Below, piece after piece: positions 10,465 through 24,100 of a stretch of DNA of 64,000 bases. Position 1 is the first letter of the stretch, and the number at the start of each line of letters is the position of its first letter. The position numbers were made by a program, and so were the translations under genes. Under the pieces are notes generated by a model. The model did not search any database and was not told the DNA's origin. It saw only the letters and a program-made list of their open reading frames with translations. The stretch comes from Mayamaea pseudoterrestris (Eukaryota), in the NCBI GenBank assembly GCA_027923505.1, contig BROI01000027.1, positions 248,001 to 312,000 on the forward strand, given 5' to 3'.

Positions 10465-13400
10465 TTACCCTGTATTGCCCATTCCGTTAGCAATACCCGT
10501 AATTGTAGTGAGTAAAGCATCAATAAGATCCTTGCTAGCCTCACCTTCGGAATCTTTTCGAATTCTCTTTAGCGTCTCGACCTGTAGAATATTCAAACAG
10601 TCGACATACTGGTCGATGGGAGAAGGGGTGAGCGTTTAGTGTCCGTTACAAACAGGTTAACTGACTTTCTGCCACGTTCAACTCACCGGATTCCGGACGG
10701 CCAGAGCACGTCGAAGGATATTATTATTTTCGCCCAGCGTTCCATGTCCAGTGAGTTTTAGTATGGTATCCTCAGTGGCGGTATGCAGTTGACGGACTTC
10801 TGATCCCAACTCTTGCGCCAAGGTATCTGTCACCAACATGTCATCATAGTGTTTCGCGATTGCAGGTTCAGACTTTGATAGAACCATTTCAACTAAGTCA
10901 ACTGTCGTCCGGAAGGTACTCCAGTCGCGATACATCTCCTTAAGCAATGGAGACTTGTCCGATGACAAGACCGACTGGAACGCTTCTCCCACTCCTAGCC
11001 AAGAAGGAAGGTTCAAGCGAGTCTAATAAGAAATTCAGACATGTTAGCCACATGCGACTCCCAGAGCAGTCCGTTCATCCCTACCTCGTATGTATACACC
11101 ACTGCACCTTACCTGAGTCCATGCAAAATTCCACGGAATCGCTCGCAGCGATTCCACGCCTCCGCCAGGTTTTCTTTTCGCCGGCCGCGAACCAATGTTA
11201 AGGCTGGAAAGCTCCAACTCTGGTGTGGCCGATCGAAAGTATGGAACAAATCGGGAATCCTTCCGAACAATCTGGCGGTATCCATCACAGCTGACAGTTG
11301 AAATCGTATGCATCAGGTCTCTCCATTCCTTAGATGGTTTCGGACGGTCCATCAGCTTTTCCGCCAAAACGGCCGCTGTGTAAATGTCCATACTTCGTTC
11401 AGCTCGATCGCGGTAGCCAAAGTTCTGCGTTATCATTTCGCCTTGCTCGGTGACACGAAATTTGCCGTTAATTGTTTTTGGAGGATGCGCGACAATGGCT
11501 TTAAAAGTTTGTGGGTTACCGCCGCGTCCAACAGTTCCGCCTTTGCCGTGGAAAAAAGTGATATCAACAGAGTGGTCACGACCAACCTGTGCGAGCTTCT
11601 CTTGTGTCTCGAACTGTGCCCACACAGCAGCTAGTCGCCCTGCATCCTTGGCCGAATCGGAATATCCAATCATGACTTCCTGCTTTCCGTTAATTATACC
11701 CATGTACACGGGCAATTGAAACAGCGTTTTCATCGTCCGCGATGCTCCATTCAAGTCGTCCAACGTCTCAAACAGAGGAGCTACTCGCAATGGCTTCTTA
11801 ACACCGGCATCAAGCTGCAGGAGCAAAACGGCAAGAACGTCACTGGCACTTGTTGCTTGACTGATGACATAAGCTCCCAAGCTATCTTCGTACATTTCTG
11901 CAATGATACCGAATGTCTCCAATACATCAACAACCGTTTCGGAGAAAAGTTCAGGGTGCTCGCGCCAGATACCAGGTCGCAGAAGAGGGCGCTTCGACGC
12001 GATTTGCGTCGTCAACCAGCTGATTTTCGTAGCTTCGTCCCACTGACTGTACGAGCCCAATCCAAGAAACCTGGTGATAGCGTCAACAGCTTCTTCATGC
12101 TTGTCGCTTTCCTGCCGAATGTCTAAAGGGATGAGTGTCAGCCCAAAAGAAGCCACTTTCCTTATAATGTCTGTCAAGAGACCATCAGCAACGATCTGGT
12201 TGCCCGTTTCACAAAGCGAACAGTGCATGAGCAACAACTCGTCCATGAATTCTTGCTTAATCAAATAGATTTCTTCTGGATTCATGGCTTCACCTCCAGC
12301 AGTAGATGCATTAATGTAAGCCTCTGCCCAGCCAATAGTTCTTTGCATTCTTGCAATCATTGGCTTGAGTAATGCACGGTATGGCTCCCTCGCATTACCG
12401 ACAACGGCTCTAAGTTCCGGAGACGCCACGATGATCGATAGTTCCTTCTCCAACACCACCAAGTCTTCCTTGAATAAGGTCGCAGCCTTTGCCCGGTTCT
12501 TGAGGCAAACGAGTCGCGTCGTATGAGGTTTGACGTTTGGATTGCCGTCGCGATCGCCGCCCATCCAGGAAGCAAACCGAATCGGTGCCGCATCAAAAGG
12601 CAATCCTTTTCCAAGAAACTCCTTCATCGTAGTATCCAGTTTGCGGAGGAAGCTTGGAACAGTCTTCCACAAGACGGAATCAACAAAGAGCGTTCCCTTT
12701 TCCGCTTCTACTTCGGGAGTTGGTTTGATGCGACTCACTTCATCCGACAACCATATGCTTGAGATTTCTCTATACATGCTCTTGTTCAATTCATCCGTCT
12801 CAAACTGCGACGCCTGCCTTGAATACCGATTCGCATCCGCCATCATGAGAATGTCTTGGATGCGCCGCTTCTTGTCCAGGATGGTCCGTCGGTTCACTTC
12901 CGTGGGATGCGCCGTCAAGACCAACTCGGTGACTTGCGAGCAAAGCGCCTGGTAAATATCGTCCACATCATGTCCCTGCTTGAGTAGTTCGGGCAAGACG
13001 CCACGGCACGAGTCGGGCTTGGCGTGGAGTGCGCCGGAATTGTTTCCGTCTTGGTCCGAGTCGCGGAGTCGGCGGGTTCGGTGACAGGCTTCAGCGGCAT
13101 TGGCCAGAGCGAGAAAGTGCGTAAAGGCTCGACTCACGAGAAACAAGTCGCGGTCCGGAAACTTGGCGGCATAGTCGGCTAGCGATTGGAGCGTTTCTTC
13201 AGCTTGAACTTTGGTTTCTGCAACGCGTCCCGCTCCAAGCTCGCGCCAAGACTTGGCTAGTGCTCGCATGTCTTCAACTTTGCTATAGATTTCATGGCCA
13301 TCATGTTCCTTGATAATGGTTCCAAGTAAAGATCCCATGACGCGAATGTCCTGCCGTAGTTGAGCATCTATGTCCTTGGAGTCTACAGTGGCCGATGAGA

Positions 13401-13611
13401 GAGCAGCAGTCGAAAAGAGGGACGGATGAGGCTCGTCGAACGATGAATAGCCTGATGACTTCGTCGTCGAAGAAGTGGACAACTCACGACGCAGCAAATG
13501 CCTTGAATCGGTTTTCAGTTTATACGGACGAGTGATTCCGATGATGCTAGCCGATAGTTTCGGCAAAGGACGGCGGATCAGTGTCGTCGTCAGGCGACAT
13601 GAAAGTTGCAT
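10465..13611 (-). CDS. PEPC: Phosphoenolpyruvate carboxylase (3 exons), probably the mitochondrial isoform
   Basis: Exons 13611-11113, 11022-10687, 10608-10465 with GT-AG introns. VLTAHPTE, SWMGGDRDGNP, QEVMIGYSDSAKDAG, FHGKGGTVGRGG, RVTEQGE, LRAIPWNFAWTQ/TR, C-terminus ITGIANGMGNTG*. First ATG is 13611 (the ORF track start is a TTG). The N-terminus is R/S/T-rich and acid-poor, like a transit peptide. Confidence 0.95.
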
Positions 13612-14134
13612 GATGCTGCACAAATTATTTACTTTCCTATATACCCACTTTTAGAAAGCCAATCAGAGGATGAAAGCTGTCAGCTGCGTGCAACTACTTA
13701 TAAGCTCCGTTAAAGATCTTCCACCAAGTCTGCATTTCTTTTCTTCTTCCTCTTGGTTGACGGCCGGAAGTTTAAATCGATGCCGATGCGACGGATACAA
13801 TCGTACCGGTATTGATATCGGTTTCCTCGTGCAAATTGACTTGCGCGCTTACAGTTAGCCGCCTCACGAGAGAGTATGCCAATCAATATACTAAATTGTT
13901 GCATGAACTACAAAGCCATCCGCGTTACGGAAAACCGGGCGTCCATTCCACACCGAGCTGTTTCTCGCTCACGAATTTGCTTCACCCCTACCATCACGCA
14001 AACATAGTACAGTACTACGATAGCTGGGTAAGCTTGGCTACGTTAGTCCTCGCAAGTATTCGGAAACGGAAACAAGCATGCGAAAAAGAAAGAATTCTGA
14101 TAGACTAAAGCTATAACACAAAGAAGATGGCGCT

Positions 14135-14890
14135 CTATGTCTGCTTGTTCTTCAACTTGTACTGCATCGTTTTTTCATTGATCTCCTCAAAGACTTGGAG
14201 AAAGGTGTCAGGAAGCTGCGCCCCGGAGAACCCAATGGGAGGAATACCAGATGCTTCACTGTATACTAAAAAGAATGGCACACTGGTAATCTGGTAGCAG
14301 CGTCGTCCCTGGTACATTTCGTCGCGAACAAACCTTGACGCCTTGCCCTTTTCTAGATAGTCTCGCAAATCCTTGCGATCCCAGTCTGGAAACTCTTGCT
14401 CCGCAACGTGAATGAGCTGATCAATGAGACTTATATTTCTGCCTTGTTCGTATAGCGCCTGAAAGAGTATCATGTAAAGCTTGGCAGTCTCAACCTTTTG
14501 AATCTTGTTGCCATAGTAGACAAACTCGTGCGCCGACTTTGTGTTGGGCCATGAGCTCCAGTCGCCAAAAGCTGCGCCAACCTTGGTCCCTTCTGTCTTG
14601 AGTCGCGTAATTAATTCTGGATGTGCGTCTCCGAAGCGCTTCTGACAGTACTGCTCGAGCGGTTCGCCTTCCGTGGCAGTGCTCGTGTCAATGAGGTAGG
14701 GCTTGCACTCGACAGTGATTGGCTGAGTGTCTTGATTCTTGTAAAGCTGAATCGCTTCCAATAGTCTCTTTTCCCCAATATAACACCAGGGGCAGGCGAT
14801 GTCGCTATAGACGAGAACTTGGATTGTTTCTGGACGATAGGATATTGTCTCGGGCGGCTGAAACGGAGCGTCGCTGTCTTGTTCTGCCAT
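14135..14890 (-). CDS. DsbA-like (FrnE-type) thioredoxin-fold oxidoreductase
   Basis: YSDIACPWCYIGEKRL (CPWC), PNTKSAH, ITSVPFF (cis-Pro loop), SGAQ. Confidence 0.9.
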   Translation of the reverse strand: MAEQDSDAPFQPPETISYRPETIQVLVYSDIACPWCYIGEKRLLEAIQLYKNQDTQPITVECKPYLIDTSTATEGEPLEQYCQKRFGDAHPELITRLKTEGTKVGAAFGDWSSWPNTKSAHEFVYYGNKIQKVETAKLYMILFQALYEQGRNISLIDQLIHVAEQEFPDWDRKDLRDYLEKGKASRFVRDEMYQGRRCYQITSVPFFLVYSEASGIPPIGFSGAQLPDTFLQVFEEINEKTMQYKLKNKQT

Positions 14891-15142
14891 GGTGCAGAGG
14901 ATTGAGTTAAAAACTTGTCCAATCTACACTACTTAGTTGATGAATGCCGCGAATCGATTTGTGGTCACCTCATGAATGAGAGACCGCTGCGTAATGACGG
15001 ATGGATGACTTTTGCGTCGTCGAATCGTCATGGTTGATGCGCGGCGCGGTGAAGATATCGAATCGCAGCGTTACTAAGTCATTCTGACTGATCAATCATG
15101 GTGCGACAGTGTGTGGCCTTCAAAGACTACCCACCATAGTCT

Positions 15143-18100
15143 CAAATGCCCCTACAGCAAGCCCTATAGGTTCCCAATTACACCAGAAAGGGGCCAACAT
15201 CATTATTCAGGCTGCACTACAAGATGGTAAGCTTGGCTGGTGTCTCAGGGGATGGCAATGTATTTGGTGACAACTTGTCGCCAGTCTCAGCCCGCAGATG
15301 CCATGACATTCAAACGCCCCTACAGCAAGCCCTGTAGGGGCCCAAATTACACCAGAATGGTGCCAACATCATTATTCAGGCTGCGCTACAACATGGTATG
15401 CCTGGCTGGTGTCTCAGTAGACTGCAATGTGATTGGTGACAACTTGACACCAGTCTCAGCCTGCAGATGCCATGACAGTCAAACGCCCCTACAGCAAGCC
15501 CTGTAGGTGCCCAAATTACACCAGAATGGTGCCAACATCAGTATACAGGCTGCGCTAAAAGATGGTAGGCTTGGCTGGTGTTTCAGGGGATGGCAATGTA
15601 ATTGATGACAACTTATCACCAGTCTTAGCTCACAGGTGCCGTGACATTCAAACGCCCCTACAGCAAGCCCTGTAGGTGCCCAAATTACACCAGAATGGTG
15701 TTAACATCATTATTCAGGCAGCGCTACAAGATGGTAGGCTTGGATGATGTTTCAGGGGATGGCAATGTATTTGATGACAACGTATCACCAGTCTTAGCTC
15801 ACAGGTGCCGTGACATTCAAACGCCCCTACAGCAAGCCCTGTAGGTGCCCAAATTACACCAGAATGGTGCCAACATCATTATTCAGGCAGCGCTACAAGA
15901 TGGTAGGCTTGGATGATGTCTCAGGAGATGGCAATGTATTTAATGACAACTTGTCACCAGTCTCAGCCCACAGATTCCATGAGATTCAAACGCCCCTACA
16001 GCAAGCCCTGTAGGTGCCCAAATTACACTAGAGTGGTGCCAACATCATTATTCAGGCTGAGCTACGAGATGGTAGGCTTGGCTGGTGTCTCAGGGGATGG
16101 CAATGTATTTGGTGACAACTTGTCACCAGTCTCAGCACGCAGATTCCATGAATTCAAATGCCCCTACAGCAAGCCCTGTAGGTGCCCAAATTACACTAGA
16201 ATGGTGCCAACATTATTATTCAGGCTGCGCTACAAGATGGTAGGCTTGGCTGGTGTCTCAGGGGATGGCAATGTATTTGGTGACAACTTGTCACCAGTCT
16301 CAGCCCGCAGATGCCATGACATTCAACCCCCCTACAGCAGGCCCTGTAGGTGCCCAAATTACACCAGAATGGTGCCAACATCATTATTCAGGCTGCGCTA
16401 CAAGATGGTAGGCTTGGCTGGTGTCTCAGGGGATGGCAATGTATTTGGTGACAACTTGTCACCAGTCTCAGCCCGCAGACAGGGTGACATTCAAACGCCC
16501 CTACAGCAAGCCCTGTAGGTGCCCAAATTACACCAGAATGGTGCCAACATCATTATTCAGCCTGCGCTACAAGATGGTAGGCTTGGCTGGTGTCTCAGGG
16601 GATGGCAATGTATTTGGTGACAACTTGTCACCAGTCTCAGCCCGCAGATGCCGTGACATTCAAACGCCCCTACAGCAAGCCCTGTAGGTGCCCAAATTAC
16701 ACCAGAATGGTGCCAACATCATTATTCAGGCTGCGCTACAAGATGGTAGGCTTGGCTGGTGTCTCAGGGGATGGCAATGTATTTGGTGACAACTTGTCAC
16801 CAGTCTCAGCCAGCAGATGCCGTGACATTCAAACGCCCCTACAGCAAGCCCTGTAGGGGCCCAAATTACACCAGAATGGTGCCAACATCATTATTCAGGC
16901 TGCGCTACAAGATGGTAGGCTTGGATGGTGTCTCAGGGGATGGCAATGTATTTGGTGACAACTTGTCACCAGTCTCAGCCCTGTAGATGCCATGACATTC
17001 AAACGCCCCCACAGCAAGCCCTGTAGGTGCCCAAATTAAACCAGAATGGTGCCAACATCATCATTCAGGCTGCGCTACAAGATGGTAGGCTTGGCTGGTG
17101 TCTCAGGGGATGGCAATGTATTGGTGACAACTTGTCACCAGTCTCAGCCCGCAGATGCCGTGACATTCAAACGCCCCTACAGCAAGCCCTGTAGGTGCCC
17201 AAATTACACCAGAATGGTGCCAACATCATTATTCAGGCTGCGCTACAAGATGGTAGGCTTGGCTGGTGTCTCAGGGGATGGCAATGTATTTGGTGACAAC
17301 TTGTCACCAGTCTCAGCCCGCAGATTCCGTGAGAATCAAACGCCCCTACAGCAAGCCCTGTAGGTGCCCAAATTACACCAGAATGGTGCCAACATCATTA
17401 TTCAGGTTGCGCTACAAGATGGTAGGCTTGGCTGGTGTCTCAGGGGATGGCAATGTATTTGGTGACAACTTGTCACCAGTCTCAGCCAACAGATGCCGTG
17501 ACATTCAAATGCCCCTACAGCAAGCCCTGTAGGTTCCCAAATTACACCAGAATGGTGGCAACATCATTATTCCGCCTGCGCTACAAGATGGTAGGCTTGG
17601 CTGGTGTCTCAGGGGATGGCAATGTATTTGGTGACAACTTGTCACCAGTCTCAGCCTGCTGATGCCGTGACATTCAAACGCCCCTACAGCAAGCCCTGTA
17701 GGTGCCCAAATTACACCAGAATGGTGCCAACATCATTATTCAGGCTGCGCTACAAGATGGTAGGCTTGGCTGGTGTCTCAGGGGATGGCAATGTATTTGG
17801 TGACAACTTGTCACCAGTCTCAGCCCGCAGACGCCGTGACATTCAAACGCCCCTACAGCAAGCCCTGTAGGTGCCCAAATTACACCAGAATGGTGCCAAC
17901 ATCATTATTCAGACTGAGATACAAGATGGTAGGCTTGGCTGGTGTCGCAAGGGATGGCAATGTATTTGGTGACAACTTGTCACCAGTCTCAGCCAACAGA
18001 TGCCGTGACATTCGAATGCCCCTACAGCAAGCCCTGTAGGGGCCCAAATTACACCAGAATGGTGCCAACATCATTATTCAGGCTGCGCTACAAGATGGTA

Positions 18101-21100
18101 GGCTTGGCTGGTGTCTCAGGGGATGGCAATGTATTTGGTGACAACTTGTCACCAGTCTCAGCCCGCAGATGCCGTGACATTCAAACGCCCCTACAGCAAG
18201 CCCTGTAGGTGCCCAATTTACACCAGAATGGTGCCAACATCATTAATCAGGCTGCGCTACAAGATGGTAGGCTTGGCTGGTGTCTCAGGGGATGGCAATG
18301 TATTTGGTGACAACTTGTCACCAGTCTCAGCCCGCAGACGCCGTGACATTCAAATGCCCCTACAGCAAGCCCTGTAGGTGCCCAAATTACACCAGAATGG
18401 TGCCAACATCATTATTCAGGCTGCGCTACAAGATGGTAGGCTTGGATGGTGTCTCAGGGGATGGCAATGTATTTGGTGACAACTTGTCACCAGTCTCAGC
18501 CCGCAGATGCCGTGACATTCAAACGCCCCTACAGCAAGCCCTGTTGGTGCCCAAATTACACCAGAATGGTGCCAACATCATTTTGCAGGTAGCGCTACAA
18601 GATGGTAGGCTTGGCTGGTGTCTCAGGGGATGGCAATGTATTGGTGACAACTTGTCACCAGTCTCAGCCCGCAGATGCCATGACATTCAAACGCCCCTAC
18701 AGCAAGCCCTGTTGGTGCCCAAATTACATAAGAATGGTGCCAACATCATTATTCAGGCTGCGCTACAAGATGGTAGGCTTGGATGATGTGTCAGGGGATG
18801 GCAATGTATTGGTGACAACTTGTCACAAGTCTCAGCCCGCCGATTCCATGAGATTCAAATGCCCCTACAGCAAGCCCTGTAGGTGCCCAAATTACACCAG
18901 AATGGTGCCAACATCATAATTTAGGCTGCGCTACAAGATGGTAGGCTTGGCTGGTGTCTCAGGGGATGGCAATGTATTTGGTGACAACTTGTCACCAGTC
19001 TCAGCCCGCAGACGCCGTGACATTCAAACGCCCCTACAGCAAGCCCTGTAGGTGCCCAAATTACACCAGAATGGTGCCAACATCATTATTCAGGCTGCGC
19101 TACAAGATGGTAAGCTTGGCTGGTGTCTCAGGGGATGGCAATGTATTTGGTGACAACTTGTCACCAGTCTCAGCCCGCAGATGCCGTGACATTCAAACGC
19201 CCCTACAGCAAGCCCTGTAGGGGCCCAAATTACACCAGAATGGTGCCAACATCATTATTCAGGTAGCGCTACAAGATGGTAGGCTTGGCTGGTGTCTCAG
19301 GGGATGGCAATGTATTTGGTGACAACTTGTCACCAGTCTCAGCCCGCAGATGCCGTGACATTCAAACGCCCCTACAGCAAGCCCTGTAGGGGCCCAAATT
19401 ACACCAGAATGGTGCCAACATCATTATTCAGGCAGCGCTACAAGATGGTAGGCTTGGCTGGTGTCTCAGGGGATGGCAATGTATTTGGTGACAACTTGTC
19501 ACCAGTCTCAGCCCGCAGATGCCGTGACATTCAAACGCCCCTACAGCAAGCCCTGTAGGTGCCCAAATTACACCAGAATGGTGCCAACATCATTATTCAG
19601 GCTGCGTTACAAAATGGTAGGCTTGGCTGGTGTCTCAGGGGATGGCAATGTATTTGGTGACCACTTGTCACCAGTCTCAGCCAACAGATGCCGTGACTTT
19701 CAAACACCCCTACAGCAAGCCCTGTAGGTTCCCAAATTACACCAGAATGGTGCCAACATCATTATTCAGGCTGCGCTACAAGATGGTAGGCTTGGCTGGT
19801 GTCTCAGGGGATGGCAATGTATTTGGTGACAACTTGTCACCAGTCTCAGCCTGCTGATTCCATGAGATTCAAACGCCCCTACAGCAAGCCCTGTAGGTGC
19901 CCAAATTACACTAGAATGGTGCCAACATCATTATTCCGGCTGCTCTACAAGATGGTAGGCTTGGCTGGTGTCTCAGGGGATGGCAATGTATTTGGTGACA
20001 ACTTGTCACCAGTCTCAGCCCACAGACACCGTGACATTCAAACGCCCCTACAGCAAGCCCTGTAGGTGCCCAAATTACACCAGAATGGTGCCAACATCAT
20101 TATTCTGGCTGCGCTACAAGATGGTAGGTTTAACTGGTGTTTCAGGGGATGGCAATGTATTCGGTGACAACTTGTCACCAGTCTCAGCCTGCAGATTCCA
20201 TGAGATTCAAACACCCCTACAGCAAGCCCTGTAGGGGCCCTAATTACACCAGAATGGTGCCAACATCATTATTCAGGCTGCGCTACAAGATGGTAGGCTT
20301 GGCTGGTGTCTCAGGGGATGGCAATGTATTTGGTGACAACTTGTCACCAGTCTCAGCCCGCAGATGCCATGACATTCAAACGCCCCTACAGCAAGCCCTG
20401 TAGGTGCCCAAATTACACCAGAATGGTGCCAACATCATTATTCAGGCTGAGCTACAAGATGGTAGGCTTGGCTGGTGTCTCAGGGGATGGCAATGTATTT
20501 GGTGACAACTTGTCACCAGTCTCAGCCCACAGACGCCGTGACAATCAAATGCCCCTACAGCAAGCCCTGTAGGTGCCCAAATTACACCAGAATGGTGCCA
20601 ACATCATTATTCAGGCTGCGCTACAAGATGGTAGGCTTGGATGGTGTCTCAGGGGATGGCAATGTATTTGGTGACAACTTGTCACCAGTCTCAGCCCGCA
20701 GATGCCATGACATTCAAACGCCCCTACAGCAAGCCCTGTTGGTGCCCAAATTACACCAGAATGGTGCCAACATCATTTTGCAGGTAGCGCTACAAGATGG
20801 TAGGCTTGGCTGGTGTCTCAGGGGATGGCAATGTATTGGTGACAACTTGTCACCAGTCTCAGCCCGCAGATGCCGTGACATTCAAACGCCCCTACAGCAA
20901 GCCCTGTAGGTGCCCAAATTACACCAGAATGGTGCCAACATCATTATTCAGGCTGCGCTACAAGATGGTAGGCTTGGATGATGTGTCAGGGGATGGCAAT
21001 GTATTGGTGACAACTTGTCACAAGTCTCAGCCCGCCGATTCCATGAGATTCAAATGCCCCTACAGCAAGCCCTGTAGGTGCCCAAATTACACCAGAATGG

Positions 21101-24100
21101 TGCCAACATCATTATTTAGGCTGCGCTACAAGATGGTAGGCTTGGCTGGTGTCTCAGGGGATGGCAATGTATTTGGTGACAACTTGTCACCAGTCTCAGC
21201 CCGCAGATGCCGTGACATTCAAACGCCCCTACAGCAAGCCCTGTAGGTGCCCAAATTACACCAGAATGGTGCCAACATCATTATTCAGGCTGCGCTACAA
21301 GATGGTAAGCTTGGCTGGTGTCTCAGGGGATGGCAATGTATTTGGTGACAACTTGTCACCAGTCTCAGCCCGCAGATGCCGTGACATTCAAACGCCCCTA
21401 CAGCAAGCCCTGTAGGGGCCCAAATTACACCAGAATGGTGCCAACATCATTATTCAGGTAGCGCTACAAGATGGTAGGCTTGGCTGGTGTCTCAGGGGAT
21501 GGCAATGTATTTGGTGACAACTTGTCACCAGTCTCAGCCCGCAGATGCCGTGACATTCAAACGCCCCTACAGCAAGCCCTGTAGGGGCCCAAATTACACC
21601 AGAATGGTGCCAACATCATTATTCAGGCTGCGCTACAAGATGGTAGGCTTGGCTGGTGTCTCAGGGGATGGCAATGTATTTGGTGACAACTTGTCACCAG
21701 TCTCAGCCCGCAGATGCCATGACATTCAAACGCCCCTACAGCAAGCCCTGTAGGTGCCCAAATTACACCAGAATGGTGCCAACATCATTATTCTGGCTGC
21801 GCTACAAGATGGTAGGCTTGGCTGGTGTCTCAGGGGATGGCAATGTATTTGGTGACAACTTGTCACCAGTCTCAGCCCGCAGATGCCGTGACATTCAAAC
21901 GCCCCTACAGCAAGCCCTGTAGGTGCCCAAATTACACCAGAATGGTGCCAACATCATTATTCAGGCTGCGCTACAAGATGGTAGGCTTGGATGATGTGTC
22001 AGGGGATGGCAATGTATTGGTGACAACTTGTCACAAGTCTCAGCCCGCCGATTCCATGAGATTCAAATGCCCCTACAGCAAGCCCTGTAGGTGCCCAAAT
22101 TACACCAGAATGGTGCCAACATCATTATTTAGGCTGCGCTACAAGATGGTAGGCTTGGCTGGTGTCTCAGGGGATGGCAATGTATTTGGTGACAACTTGT
22201 CACCAGTCTCAGCCCGCAGATGCCGTGACATTCAAACGCCCCTACAGCAAGCCCTGTAGGTGCCCAAATTACACCAGAATGGTGCCAACATCATTATTCA
22301 GGCTGCGCTACAAGATGGTAAGCTTGGCTGGTGTCTCAGGGGATGGCAATGTATTTGGTGACAACTTGTCACCAGTCTCAGCCCGCAGATGCCGTGACAT
22401 TCAAACGCCCCTACAGCAAGCCCTGTAGGTGCCCAAATTACACCAGAATGGTGCCAACATCATTATTCAGGCAGCGCTACAAGATGGTAGGCTTGGCTGG
22501 TGTCTCAGGGGATGGCAATGTATTTGGTGACAACTTGTCACCAGTCTCAGCCCGCAGACGCCGTGACATTCAAACGCCCCTACAGCAAGCCCTGTAGGTG
22601 CCCAAATTACACCAGAATGGTGCCAACATCATTATTCAGGCTGCGCTACAAGATGGTAAGCTTGGCTGGTGTCTCAGGGGATGGCAATGTATTTGGTGAC
22701 AACTTGTCACCAGTCTCAGCCCGCAGATTCCGTGAGAATCAAACGCCCCTACAGCAAGCCCTGTGCCCAAATTACACCAGAATGGTGCCAACATCATTAT
22801 TCAGGTAGCGCTACAAGATGGTAGGCTTGGCTGGTGTCTCAGGGGATGGCAATGTATTGGTGACAACTTGTCACCAGTCTCAGCCCGCAGATGCCATGAC
22901 ATTCAAACGCCCCTACAGCAAGCCCTGTAGGGGCCCTAATTACACCAGAATGGTGCCAACATCATTATTCAGGCTGCGCTACAAGATGGTAGGCTTGGCT
23001 GGTGTCTCAGGGGATGGCAATGTATTTGGTGACAACTTGTCACCAGTCTCAGCCCGCAGATGCCATGACATTCAAACGCCCCTACAGCAAGCCCTGTAGG
23101 TGCCCAATTTACACCAGAATGGTGCCAACATCATTAATCTGGCTGAGCTACAAGATGGTAGGCTTGGCTGGAGTCTCAGGGGATGGCAATGTATTTGGTG
23201 ACAACTTGTCACCAATCTTAGCCCACAGACGCCGTGACATTCAAACGCCCCTACAGCAAGCCCTGTAGGTGCCCAAATTACACCAGAATGGTGCCAACAT
23301 CATTATTCAGGCTGCGCTACAAGATGGTAGACTTGGATGGTGTCTCAGGGGATAGCAATGTTTTTGGTGACAACTTGTCACCAGTCTCAGCCTGCAGATG
23401 CCATGACATTCAAACGCCCCTACAGCAAGCCCTGTAGGTGCCCAAATTACACCAGAATGGTGCCAACATCATAATTTAGGCTGCGCTACAAGATGGTAGG
23501 CTTGGCTGGTGTCTCAGGGGATGGCAATGTATTTGGTGACAACTTGTCACCAGTCTCAGCCCGCAGACGCCGTGACATTCAAACGCCCCTACAGCAAGCC
23601 CTGTAGGTGCCCAAATTACACCAGAATGGTGCCAACATCATTATTCAGGCTGCGCTACAAGATGGTAAGCTTGGCTGGTGTCTCAGGGGATGGCAATGTA
23701 TTTGGTGACAACTTGTCACCAGTCTCAGCCTGCAGATGCCGTGACATTCAAACGCCCCTACAGCAAGCCCTGTAGGGGCCCAAATTACACCAGAATGGTG
23801 CCAACATCATTATTCAGGTAGCGCTACAAGATGGTAGGCTTGGCTGGTGTCTCAGGGGATGGCAATGTATTGGTGACAACTTGTCACCAGTCTCAGCCCG
23901 CAGATGCCATGACATTCAAACGCCCCTACAGCAAGCCCTGTAGGGGCTTTAATTACACCAGAAAGAGGCCAAAATCATTATTCAGGCTGCGCTACAAGAT
24001 GGTAGGCTTGGCTGGTGTCTCAGGGGATGGCAATGTATTTGGTGACAACTTGTCACCAGTCTCAGCCCGCAGATGCCATGACATTCAAACGCCCCTACAT

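Noticed and set aside
1645..14890. Bacterial contig or operon (gldA, sulfatase, ppc, dsbA)
   Set aside because: Interleaved genes have spliceosomal GT-AG introns and are contiguous with eukaryotic retroelements and 18S/28S rDNA.
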